A stretch of DNA of 64,000 nucleotides from Callorhinchus milii (lineage: Eukaryota). Shown here piece after piece: positions 1 through 12,020 of this stretch. The notes under the pieces are model-generated. The model searched no databases and was not told the DNA's origin. It worked only from the letters and a program-made list of their open reading frames with translations. Position 1 is the stretch's first letter; each line of letters starts with the position of its first letter. Location: positions 81,160,001 through 81,224,000 of the forward strand of contig NW_024704742.1 of assembly GCF_018977255.1 (NCBI RefSeq), written 5' to 3'. The translations under genes and the position numbers were made by a program.

Positions 1-193
1 TATTTGGAATTGAAAGCTTTTTTTTCATTAGAAAAGGAACTGGTGAAAATGTTGCTATTGTAACATACACTTGGAATTGGGAGTGAGGAAGGCCTCTGTG
101 TTGCACTGAGGGAGATAGGAATGGGGGGGGAGTTCAGAGATTGTGCTATTTTGAAGGGGTGACTGATCGCCCAGAGCTCTCTCGTTTTCTTTC

Positions 194-444
194 TGACTGC
201 GTACTTTATGGGCAAAAAGTGGCAGCCAGTTGCATACAGCTGTGTCCCCCAAACAGTCGTGGATTGAGTGACCGCATTTTTTTTCGATGGATTGTTAGCC
301 CAGGACAACAATTTGCCAACCTGGTTCCTACTTACTGCTAGGTAAACAGAGACATGTGTGCCTAAGGTTTCGCCCCACCCAGAAATTGAACCCAGGTCAT
401 CTTACTTGTGAGGAGAGCACACAAACCACTACACTATAGGACTC
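194..444 (-). mobile_element. tRNA-derived SINE, long variant, 5' and central part
   Basis: Reverse complement gives a tRNA-like head, the internal segment TGTTTACCTAGCAGTAAGTAGGAACC and a Deu-like core; aligns by eye to copies at 31744, 42180 and 50360. Confidence 0.75.
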
Positions 445-586
445 ATAAATGCTAATAAAACACCAGCAAAAAGGATTTTGGGCATTTTATTAACATTTGG
501 AAGTTGGATGTTTTTAAGAAATGCGGAAATAATCATCAATATTATGATTGATTTTTTTTCCCAAATATCCCCTCAAACTTAAATTT

Positions 587-915
587 TAATAATAATAATA
601 ACCTTTGCATTTGGTGTAGCGCTTTTCACACCTTCTAGACATGTCAAAACGTTTCACAGAATACACTGTAAAGTGAATTGACTATACATTTGTGGGTGAA
701 ATGTGCAGCCAATTGCGCACAGCAGTGTCCCACAAACAGTCGTGAATTGAAATGACCAATTTATAATTTTTTTCTTGAGGGATTATTATCAGGCGTGTGG
801 AGTAAGGAAACTTGCCCAAGGTTTCACCCTGCTGGGAATCGAACCCAGGTCTCTCGCTTGCAAAGCGAGTGCTCTAACCACTGAGCTACAGGACTCCACC
901 CACTGAGCTACAGGA
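587..915 (-). mobile_element. tRNA(Ala)-derived SINE, short variant, near full length, with a duplicated 5' end
   Basis: Head GGAGTCCTGTAGCTCAGTGGTTAGAGCACTCGCTTTGCAAGCGAG, Deu-like core GTGGGACACTGCTGTGTGCGCAATTGGCTGC-type, (TTA)n tail. Confidence 0.9.
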
Positions 916-1794
916 TACAAAATGGCCTGACAAGCTGAGACCAGCTGGAACTTTGGGACTCCAATGGGACTTCTTTTCTAAATTGTGAGGTCTACATTTT
1001 GCTAGAGAATGCCAAGCTAAATAGAACACATATTTGCAAATATACCAGAGCTTCTATTCTTTTGCAAGCAATTCCCAATCCAGATGTAGCATTGAAAGGT
1101 CCAATACTGATCCAAGCATAATATTATCCCCCATTAGTCACCTTTTACTGTTTTACTTGTGGGTGAATCCCATATACCAGGGCTATTTTCCATTGTTACT
1201 GGAATCTACAAGTCCAGAGAGGCCTCTCTTTAGCCCTGGTTGAGCAGCTATGTCACGGTGAACTTAACACAAGGTAAACAGGAGGCTCTGGAATCAGAAT
1301 GTCAGGGCTTTCCTGGCACAAAATGACAACTTCATAACATCTGCAGCTTGGGCCCATTGAGTCATTCATTCATCTGCAACTGAATCTCAGTCTCCGTGGA
1401 CATAGCATACTTCACTAATGCAAAATGAAAACATTGATGATTTTGTTTCAGCTGAGGAGGTGTTAACGTGCTGAAGATCTGGTATTTACCACTACCATCT
1501 TCAGGGAGGAACTGGGCAATGGCCGACATTGTTCAGTTTGCTGCACAGTAAGAAGATGAGTAATAGATAATATAATCAGTGATTCACTGCTGTGCCTTTT
1601 AAATGTACAGTCTATAGTGGGAATTGCATGTTGAAGTGCGGGAATAAGAAGTGATCTGGATCGTTGGAATGCTGGTCTTGCACCAGGATCTTGTTTGAGT
1701 CAGGTATGTACCAATCTATAAGTAGCTAATCTCTTAAAGATCAAATGACTGTCTGGTAAAATGTGTTCCTTGCACGTCTGTCATCTGTGCATTC

Positions 1795-2117
1795 AACCAC
1801 TCCGTAACAGAACTGCAAAATACTCATAGAGTGTCGTCAAAACTTGTTTCATTGTAACACAGGTTTGCTTATAGAGCGGGTGCCCTATAGACCAGTGGGC
1901 AGATTCACACACTACAAAAAATGGCCAATTACCAGGTCATCCGATTGCTACTGACATCACTTCCTACCCACTATGTTGCATACAGGAAGTGATATTGACG
2001 ATGACCCAGAAGGTGACCCACCTTGATACAGGGGCACTGACCAACGATTACACTCTGTTACAAGAATGGTTCAATTTTTACGGATCTTATTACCATATAT
2101 AACAGGGTTCTACTGTA
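1795..2117. mobile_element. Palindromic MITE-like / pogo-Tigger-like DNA transposon relic
   Basis: Nested inverted pairs ATCACTTCCT(1956)/AGGAAGTGAT(1984), GGTCATC/GATGACC, GTGCCC/GGGCAC, TGTAACA/TGTTACA; right end reads TA-CAGTAGAACCCTGTTAT on the minus strand; left TIR degenerate. Confidence 0.5.
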
Positions 2118-2682
2118 TTACAACTGGGCACTGAATGAAGATCTACTTTAGAGTATCTCTTAACAATCCAATTGTGTCTAAATTGCACTATTTCTTATTA
2201 AGGAATCCCTTTAGAATTCCCGTCATCCCATGGGAACGCTGTAGATCACATTGGAACAGAATTCCCGTTGGTTGAATACAAGAAGAAGCCCCATTTGAGC
2301 AACATAGAATCTTTGTTATGCAAACCCTTAAGAAATATCACTAATTAGACACCAGATCTGATTTTGTGTAGTTTATGTGGTTTCACTGTAAAAAACCTTT
2401 AAAACAGAATAGAATAAATATTTGAAGAGCAACAGATTAAAAGGTATAGGGATGAACAGGGAATTGGGATTAGAATAGTTAGCGCCAGCCAAGAGCCTGT
2501 GTTGACTCAAAGAAAATTCCCAGGCCTTAGAGAAAGGAACCACGCCTATCCGTGATTGATGAAATTATTTTCAATAATGTTTTGCTGCAGATTGGTGGGC
2601 CTGATAATTGGCATTCCACATAACAGGATGCATCAGGCTAAGGAAAAGCAGTAGGTGGAGTTTGGCAGGGAATGATGTGTGC

Positions 2683-2713
<31 letters not shown>
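2683..2713. repeat. (CT)n(CA)n compound microsatellite
   Basis: ctctctctctctcacacacacacacacacacac. Confidence 0.9.
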
Positions 2714-2925
2714 TGTTACAATAAATTGCATCATATAAATGTGAATGGCACCCTTGGTGGAGTTTGAAGGAAGCAGCATTAAAATCTCTCAGGCCATTCT
2801 TAAAGTCCTTGATTTATTTTGGCTGGTCTAATGGCTTGACAGGAATTCACTCCGCAATGTGAGCAATGCATTGACACCAACTAATTGAGATAGACTTTGT
2901 TCGTACAAATAGTGTTGTCCTGGCC

Positions 2926-3310
2926 AACAACAACAACAACAAAATTACATTTATAGAGTGCCTTTCATATCGGAAGGACATCCCAAGGCGCTGGACAGTC
3001 AGGGGTCAGGACCCGAGCATGGGGGAGGGGTGGGATTGGGGTGAGGAAAGGCAGAGAGGTGGGAGGGCGACCAAGGGCACGATCGAAGAGGAGGGTCTTG
3101 AGACCGTCCTTGAAGGAGGCAAGGGAGGAAGCGAGGCGAAAGGACTATGGGATGGAGTTCCAGAGTGTGGGAGTAGAGAGGCTGAAAGATCGGCCACCGA
3201 TGGTAGGTCGGGCGGGAGACATGGAGCAGGCCGGAGCCCCTGAATGGAGGGAACGGGCAGGTTGGTAGGGAGTCAGCAGATCAGAGAGGTAGGAGGGGGC
3301 AAAACTCCTC
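2926..3310 (-). mobile_element. L2-clade LINE 3' fragment
   Basis: (CAA)n tail, 3' stem-loop, minus-strand ...RPTIGGRSFS..PTLWNSIP typical of the L2 ORF2 C-terminus. Confidence 0.85.
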
Positions 3311-3504
3311 CGGGTAAATAAGTCGGTCATTCACTTCATGCCTGTTTGTAATATCTTGCTGTGTGCATATTGGTTGCCTACAATATGCCTTAACAGCAGT
3401 AATCTGAACACTTTGAGCCTTGTTTTAGGCTAAAGCTTTTTATCAAATGCAAGCAGGAATGACTTATTATGAAATAAAATTGAATTTAAAAAAATTCTGT
3501 TTGG

Positions 3505-3975
3505 TGTGTCAGACTAGCTCAGAGGTAATACTCTCGCTTCTGAGCCAGAAGGTTGGAGGTTTAAGCCCCACATCAGGACTTGGAATCACATGGTCTAAGC
3601 TGACACACCAATGCAGTGCTGGGGTAGTATTGCATTGTTTGAGGTGCTGTCCTTTGGATGGGGCATTAAACCGAGATCTACCTTTCAGGTGGACATCAAA
3701 GATCCCATGCACTATTCGAAAAGAGAAAAGAGTTTCACTCTCCTGGTGTCCTGGCCAACAACCCCTAAAGTAAATTGATCACTCAACGTTTCTGTTTCTG
3801 GGATATTGTTGTGCACAACTGGTTGATGCTTTTTGCCCCACCACCCCACCCTACCACCACCCAAAATACAGTCAGAACCACTTTACAGTATATCCTGTAA
3901 AGCATTTTAGATGTCTCGCCAATGTGATAAGGAACTGTATCAAATGTGAGGATTGTTATTGTTTATTATTATTTA
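3505..3975 (+). mobile_element. Older Deu-domain SINE (SacSINE1/AmnSINE-like)
   Basis: Degenerate tRNA-like head (AGCTCAG...GGTTTAAGCCC), Deu-like core, L2-like tail; similar to 12020-12470 and 24895-25300. Confidence 0.7.
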
Positions 3976-4994
3976 ACAGGAGCCTAAAATATGCATCTTA
4001 AAAGCATTTGTGATACAGCAGCTAAACTTTAGTTTTGATACAGGAGTGAAATGCCAAATGCACCAATTCATGATGTGATATAAATATAATTTTTCATAAT
4101 TTTTCCTCCGTATCACAGTTCAGGGAGAAGATAGTAATGTGAATGGTGAGACAGTTTGCTCCCTTTTATGAAAGATTTGTTAAAATTCTGATACAATGGC
4201 CTCAGTGTATGTGAGTTCAATGCAAAAACAATTGTCTTCACTATATTTTTCCAAAGATGCACTTGTACATCTCTGCTGTTGAAATTGAATCTGCATGAAA
4301 TGGTGAATATTGCTTTAAACAGAATGCAGGAAATCCACGGTGTGCCAAATGGCACTGAGGGAGAATAATGGAATGTCTTTGTGTTGTAGAAATACAGTGC
4401 ATGTGTGTATTTTCTGTAATGCACAAGAAGCGCATTTATCTTGAAGTGCCGTTTGCACTGTGAATTTATCCTGCTGACCACAAGGTGGCATGTGTGCAGA
4501 GTGTAAATGCACTGCAAAGAGTCGAATACCCTGGTATGGTATCATTGGTAAAATCACAAGAGAAGTTCAATGAAGAAAGACCTTCAGCCCATTTGATCTC
4601 ATCCTTCCAGAATTCCAACCTATTGTCCTCCCATCCCACCATCGGGCTGTATTATTTTTTGTTCAGTCAGTTGTCTGACGCAATTGGAAACCCATCACAG
4701 ACCAGACTGAGAGTTCCATGTATGCCACCTCCACATGGGTAAGGTGGACCTTGCTGACAAGCAGCAGAAAGCTTGCTTTCAACAACAAATTATGCAGTTT
4801 ATCTGATTAAATTTCAGCAGTACCGCAACACACTGCATGTCTGACACATGCAGAAACACATCACTATGTGTAAGGTTTGGATACTTTGAATCCCTCCTTC
4901 AAGTGACGGGTTTACCCTCCGAGTCCTACCAGGTTTTTCTCTGAGATGTCTCCTTTCAATACTGAACAGATCTAGCTTGTCAATAATAAGCCTT

Positions 4995-5225
4995 GCAATT
5001 ATACAGCACCTTTCATGTTGAGAGGACATCTCAAAGTGCCTCACAGTGCTGAATAGGAACCCGAGCTGAGAGTGGCAGCCAAAGTGGGATGAAAAGGGCA
5101 AGAATGACCAAAGGGGCAGCCAAGGTGGTATGTTTTGACTGGTGCTTGAAAGAGGGGAGGGAGGGAGCAAGTCAGAGGCATTCCGGGATGGAGTTCCAGA
5201 GAGCGGGGGCTCAATGGCTGATAAC
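4995..5225 (-). mobile_element. L2 3' fragment
   Basis: Similar to other L2 tails (GGATGGAGTTCCAGAG, stem-loop remnant). Confidence 0.65.
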
Positions 5226-5316
5226 CCAAATTGCATTAATAGGACATGATACCTTTAATTTATCCCAAAGGAAATGTTATTTTAAGACATTTAGTTATTT
5301 TGTACAAATAACATTT

Positions 5317-5615
5317 GGAGTCCTGTAGCTCAGTGGTTAGAGCACTCGCTTTGCAAGCGAGAGACCTGAGTTCAATTCCAGACAGGGCGAAACCTTGGGC
5401 AAGTTTCCTTACTCCACACGCCGATAATAATCCCTCCAAAAACAAAAAACAATAATAAATTAGTCATTTTCAATCCATGACTGTTTGTGGGACATTGCTG
5501 TGCGCAATTGGCTGCCGCGTTCGCCCACAAATATACAGCCAATTCACTTTACAGTGTGTTCTGTGAAGCGCTTTGGGACGTCCAAATACAATGATTATTA
5601 TTATTATTATTATTA
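5317..5615 (+). mobile_element. Young tRNA(Ala)-derived SINE, short variant
   Basis: Near-identical to 13578-13897, 54715-55030 and 57486-57802; part of the 3' stem-loop is deleted; (TTA)n tail. Confidence 0.92.
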
Positions 5616-8039
5616 AATGACAATATAGATTAGGCCAAGCTTCATGGGTCTGTCTCCATGTATAAATTAATGTTTGGGTACGTGTGTGTGTGTGTGTTGG
5701 GGAGGAATCAATATGATCACTGAGATGAGCACATTAATATTATCTGCTCAAGCTTATGAGCCGCTTGTTTGCTGAAGCATGCCATTGAATTGAATCATAA
5801 GGGAAACAGCAGGAAGGAGAATCTTGAGCAGAATTCAAAAGTTGATTTTTTAAAGAAAAATATTTGAACATTTCCGACCCTTATACTATTTGGATGGCAA
5901 TCAGAAATTTGGTATAATCCTTGCAGTTGACAGCGTGAAGATAAGACTCTGAATGAATCCAAGACCGGATTCACCTGGTCGATCCATTCATGCATAGATA
6001 AGTGTGTGGTGACTAAGGGTTTCTGAGCACCTGCAAAACAGTTACAATTTTGCAAAAGGCAGATGGTAAACCCAGGACTGTCTTCTGTGGATGGAACCAC
6101 TAATACTACAACATCCTAGCAAAGATTAATAACTACATGATACCATAACTTACTCTAGGCATAGAATTGTTGGACATTTAAGGCACAGAAGGAGGCCACT
6201 TGACCCAATGTGGCTGTACTGGTGCTAGCTCCTCCACTGGAGCTATCTCTTCTAATCGTTTTACATTGCTCTTTCTCCATAGCCTTTAATATTATTTTCC
6301 TTCAATCATTTATCCTATTTCCTTTTAAATGTTGTATATTTTAACAGCGTGTGAAAAAATATTCTTTGAACCTCTCTCTTTTTTCTTCTGGTGATTATGA
6401 CTGACTGAGGGAGGGCCCATTATCACTCCACTCATTTCCTGCTTCCAATGGAATGATATCAGCACGTTCCCAGGCTAGTTCTGAGCTCCCACATATTCCG
6501 AGATTCTCTGGCTCTCATTCTACTCCTATGGTCAGCAAAGGACGCCTACCCTCTCAACCTGGGAAGGAAGTTTTCAACTAATCAACTAATCACAGCAGAA
6601 ACGGACAAAATAATACAAATAAGTAAATAGCCAGCATGGAGCTTCCTGCAGGGAGATGAGACCTATTGTTTTGTTCCATGTCTGCAATGTAAAGATGTCT
6701 TTTGGGAAATTTGGGGTATAATGAACAGAGTTCCTTAAATATCATTGTTATTAACTGCTGCTGACATTAACTGTCACCCATTACCTTCTTCCATGTAAAT
6801 ACTTTCTTCCTTTTCAAATTCTATTTTTTTTTATTTTGAAGCAAACATTTTTCCTATTGTAAATTGTAAGTCCTACAGTGGTCTCTTTAGGTTTTTTTGG
6901 GGAGGGCTTAATATTCTCCAGGATTAAGTAAATTGACCTGGTATATCATATTTAATAACAATCATATTAAGAGATTTTGGATGAATCCTTTAATATATCC
7001 AGATTCTCTTATGTACTTTCACATCTTGGGCCTGGCTACTTCAAATCCTGCCAAACAAAGAGGCAGGAGAAGTGAACTTTCCATTTAATACCCAGCACAG
7101 ACAACGACTACAAATGTTACATGTTTTACTTGTGTATATAGCGCCTTTCACCTCAGGAGGATGCCCAAAGACACTTTAAGATTTCTATGTACAGTATTCA
7201 TTTTGAAAATTTTATTGCTAAATTTTTGTAAAGATTGAGGTCTAATATGTAATAAATTCTGATTGAAATTGATTAATAAATAATAACTACATAAGAATAT
7301 TTTTTTAAATAGTGCCTTATTATGTCAGGGAGACATCTCAGGGTTTCATATGACTTTACTGTGAAGTGTAGCATCTGTGTATTTTGTAGATGAACACGGC
7401 AGCCAATTTGCCATAGCAGTGTCCCACAAAGAGCCAATAAATAAATGCCATGTCAAATTGTGAAGCCTCTAATCTACTTTCAGAGTAGAGTTCCTGCAAT
7501 GCAGATGTGATGTTCAAGATGTACTCCTGATTACCAGGAGTCCTCACTCAGATTCCTTACTAAAAATAAAAGCAACAACAACAACTTCATTTATATGGCG
7601 CCCTGGTTTGAACTCAAATGGAAATCATGGTGAGCACATTTTCTGTTGGTAAAACACTTGGCAAACCAGTGATATCTACCTAGAAAGTTTTGTTGAATTG
7701 TTTAAAACATTGTTCTGTTAGCAATTAAACAGAAGGTGAACTTCTGTGTGGTAATACTTGAAGTCCACTCTCTTCAGAGACGGTAATAAAATGCAAGTTG
7801 GAAGTGCACTAAATTCCTCGCTTTCCATGGATTCCAGCCAGAAAAATAATATAAAGCAGCTACTGCATGACATGCGGCTTACTATAACATGTATGGCTTT
7901 CTGCATGACTCCCAGGAATAGACTTTGTGGAAAGATCAAGTCTATATTTATTCCATATCCACTTGTAATTATAATGGCATTTATCTGTCATCACCAATGA
8001 TTTTGTTACATTGCAATAAAAGGCAATCATGCATGTTAA

Positions 8040-8170
8040 GCCTCCCTTCCCTCCCCTCACCCTGACCTTTTCCCCCTGCTCGGGTCCCGACCCAACTGTC
8101 CAGCGCCTTGGGATGTCCTCCCGACGTGAAAGGCACTCTATAAATGAAATCTTGTTGTTGTTGTTGTTAT
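8040..8170 (+). mobile_element. L2 3' terminal fragment
   Basis: CAGCGCCTTGGGATGTCCTCCCGACGTGAAAGGCACT stem-loop plus (TTG)n tail. Confidence 0.85.
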
Positions 8171-9718
8171 TTTTATGTAATAATCAATCAGCATTATCCT
8201 TTAAATAAAATACAGATTTATAGATTGCAATATGAAGCTCCAAATATTCCTTGGGCAGTAGATTCTGTAATTTAGTGTTGGTGCGATGTTACCACTGATG
8301 GACATGATTGCACAACCCATCACTGCCATATGTTGTCTCATTCTAGTCATTTGTCAGCTGAGTCATCAGAGTCACAGCTACCTGACTGAATTGCATTGGA
8401 ATACAAAGGTGTCAACTCCTCCCAATGGTTAAGCAGCAAGTAGGAATCCAGTTGTTAGTCGATTGGCGGATCGCTTTTTCGGGGGTAGTAATTCTTTTGA
8501 AAAAAATAAAAAATTGGCCACTCAATCCACGACTGGATTAGCCAGAATACTCTCTTCTGATTGTTATCAAGAGTAACTGTTATGTGCATGTGTGTATGTG
8601 TGCGTAGATTATTGTGAAAGGCAAAAATGGGATTGGCTGTGCCTGTCCCCTTGGTCGAGTGCATATTTCACTCCAGACATGGAGACATTTCCAAGTGTAG
8701 GTGGCACACATATAGAGAGCTCTGTCTGACTTAGATAATCTTAAACATGGTGATAGGTTTGCTGACACCTAGCTGACCAAAAAAATAGAGCAATTAGTCT
8801 GCTGACACTCTATGCCCAGGGCAGGAAATAAAGAATGGTGATGTGGGTGAAGGTAATTATAAAGTGGAAACACTGTCAATCAGCATCCAATACAGAAAGA
8901 TTTGGTTAATTTTCTGAGCATTGCCCTACCTCAGAACTGTCATAAACGAATTATGGTCCAATTCTTGACCCAAGGTGACAGTTTCAGGAGCATTGCCCAT
9001 CTGTTCATTTTTTCCCTAACCACACAGCATTGTGTGCACGTGCATAAACTTACCTGTACTTCATCACTTTCACTGTTTGTTTGAAATATAGCACCTTAAA
9101 TACTGGAAGCAATCAGCCTGAGTGACCTGACAGCTATACTCAGGTGATTATTTTTGAAGGGGTCAGATATTTGGTTTGTTCTGTATGAGATGTGTGAGCG
9201 CTCAGACTGCTGCCAACTCTCAGTTGAGACTCCCACATTCTGACACATTGCTTTCTGGAGGATTTAATGCACTCACTCCTTTCACTGACCCTGAACAGGC
9301 TGTGTGGAACTGCATCAAACCACAGGGAAGTGAATTAGATTATGTTGGGATATAGATTCCCCCCCACCCCCTCCTCCCACCGTGTACGCCAGCCTGTTTT
9401 TAAACCAAGCAATTCTGCTACAGTATTTGTATGGAAGCTATTGACGGTAACAGCAGCAGGTAGGTAGGTGAATGTTAGTTTCAGTCACATTGTATATTAA
9501 TAGATCTATATTTTTTTGCAAAGGACATAATTTATGAAGTGAATTGTTCCTCTTACAATAGAAAGAAGTGCAAATGTTTACAGACAGCAGTGATGTTGAA
9601 GAAATATGTTTTCTGATCACTCAGTGATGGATACAGCCACACTGTGATGGATTAAGGTAATTTTCAAATAAGTAGAGAATAACGGATATTTGCAAATTAA
9701 TACAATGTAGCAATCTAG

Positions 9719-10295
9719 CAAAGTTTATAAGCATAATTTTAACCTGTTAAATTTAAAGTAGCCTTGAAATGGCTCCCTCCTGCCTCTTATTCTTTAGAAT
9801 CCCGACAGATTCAGCCTATGCAGGATTGACAATGTGTTTGGGTAATATTTGATCGGGCAGTGGTTGTCAACCCACTCACAGGCCTTGAATGATGGAGTTC
9901 ACATGAGAGGATTAATATTTGTGACTACTGTTATTCAGAAATCTTGGGAAGGATTGAAATACAATTTAACCTTAGGAGTAACACAAATTTTGATTTCAGA
10001 GCCTTATAAAACTGTTGTGACTTATCCAAGACCGCATACTTAATGATCCGTGCATTTAATATAGGGCTTATAGCAATGAAATATTTCAAAGCACTTTACA
10101 GTTACTTGCTGGAAAAGTGTAGTGCTGTGTTCTTGTAGGCAGAAGCAGCAGCCAGTTTAAATACAACAACCTACAAAGTTTATAAGCATAATTTTAACCT
10201 GTTAAATTTAAAGTAGCCTTGAAATGGCTCCCTCCTGCCTCTTATTCTTTAGAATTCAGACAGATTCAGCCTGTGCAGGATTGGCAATGTGTTTG
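9719..10295 (+). repeat. 122-bp direct duplication (9719-9840 and 10174-10295)
   Basis: CAAAGTTTATAAGCATAATTTTAACCTG...AATGTGTTTG occurs twice with about 4 mismatches. Confidence 0.95.
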
Positions 10296-10660
10296 CCCCA
10301 CGAACAGTTCATCTGGAGGATTGTTGTTCAGAACACTGGAAGCAGCTCCCATCCCATATTGAATAGTGCCAATGGGACCTTGATTTAACATATCATCCAA
10401 AGCAAGGCACCGCCAATAAGCATTGATCCTCTAGCACTTCAGCAAAGTCCCATCTCTTTTCGAATAGTGCCATCTGGCAGACAGGAACGTTTGTTTAATG
10501 TCTCGTCTATAGGACCGCACCTCCAACAATGTAGCACACCCCCAGCACTGCATTAGATTGAGAGCAATAACTATATAGCTTCCAAGTCCTGACATGGGTT
10601 TGGAACCCTCAACCTTCTGAATCAGAGGTGAGAGTACTACCCAACTGAGCCGGACTGACA
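10060..10660 (-). mobile_element. Old Deu-type SINE pieces, interrupted by the second copy of the 122-bp duplication
   Basis: Minus-strand similarity to 3505-3975. Confidence 0.6.
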
Positions 10661-11279
10661 CACACATACAGTGCAGCTCAGGGAAGAAATTTGCAACATA
10701 CTTTGTGCAAAGCAATCCAGTCAGGAAATCCTCAGACTTGAGGCTGTTCTAACAACATCTCCACCTTTCTCAAAAATTTCCTGCTATTGTTAATATTCCA
10801 ATCGATGCTTGGATCCCATACATCTGGGGAATGACAACAGCAAGCACAAAGGCATGGGATACCCCTCCCACACATGTTTCCTGAACATATAACCTTGACA
10901 CGGCTTCCTGAGAGCTTGGACGCCCCACAGACTAGTTCTGAATGACCCAGAAAGCTCAACATTCCCTGGAATTCAAGGGAAAGTAATGTCAGAGCTTCCT
11001 GTTTTTTATTCAAGAGACAGATCATTCAGATCAGCTGACTGTTAAAGAACGGCACCAAGAATGCTCATTCAGAATACCCATTTGGTCACTCAACTTCAGT
11101 GAGTGTCAGAGCGACAATGTACAAGGGTTAGCCATGCTCCTCACTCATCTTGTTTTATCCCCCACCACACCCCCCCCCCCCGCCCCCCCACCCCCATACA
11201 GACCTACACAGAAATTATCTACACAAATATATACACACAAATCAAACCCACAAGCACATATAACAATATAGTAGATCAT

Positions 11280-12020
11280 TTTTGGGGGAGGACAAGTTTG
11301 TAGAGCTATGGGGAGAGAGAGGGTGAGTGGGATTGATTTGGATAGCTCTTTTCAAAGAGCCGACACAGACACGATGGGCTAAATGGCCTCCTTCTGTGCT
11401 GTATAATTTTATGATTCTATGATGAAATATTGTGAGGGTTTTATGTACTTTTTACATTCCGTCAGTTTTCACAGAAGAGTGTGGCAGTGAAAAGGTTGGG
11501 ATACAAGGGCGGGAGGTGAAGCAATCCGAAAGGCTAAGCAGAAAAGCAAGTGGTTCTGAGAAACTTAACGGAAATCAAAGTGGCCAAGTCACCAGGGACT
11601 AATGGTATGCATCCCAGAATTAATGAGGGAAGTCAGCAAGGAAATAGCAGAGGCTCTGACCACAATCTGTCAAAACACTCACTCAGAGTGATCACTGCCA
11701 AGCAGGATCCAAGCTATCTTTGCCCCGGACCTCTCAGCCTGGTTTTGACACTGTCATTATTCAGAAGGGTGGAACTCACTGCCAGAATCTGTGGTTATAG
11801 CCGAATGAATCATTGCATTTAAGAGGAAACTCAATGCATACATGAAGGAGAAGGGAATAGAGGGTATGAGAAAGGTATAAGACGTATGTGCTTTGGGATG
11901 TCTTGCTGATGTGATAAGCTGCAATATCAAATGTAAAGGTTAAAGTTGAAGGCTCATGTGAAGTATAAACGTTGCCATATATTAGTGGTGCTGAACTGCC
12001 TGTTCCATTGCTATTACCGC
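11280..12020 (+). mobile_element. CR1-clade LINE fragments
   Basis: 3' tail GGCTAAATGGCCTCCTTCTGTGCTGTA...ATGATTCTATGA; KSPGTNGMHPR matches the CR1 ORF2 motif KSPGPDGxHPR. Confidence 0.7.

Noticed and set aside
2190..2345. Short shared words with 50858-50940 (TTAYTAAGGAATC, GGAACAGAATTCCC)
   Set aside because: Possibly an old repeat family, but too little alignable sequence to define by eye
5317..5392. tRNA-Ala(TGC)-like genes (also near 13822, 54715 and 57486)
   Set aside because: Each continues into a SINE body and tail and occurs as a dispersed repeat; these are SINE heads, not tRNA genes
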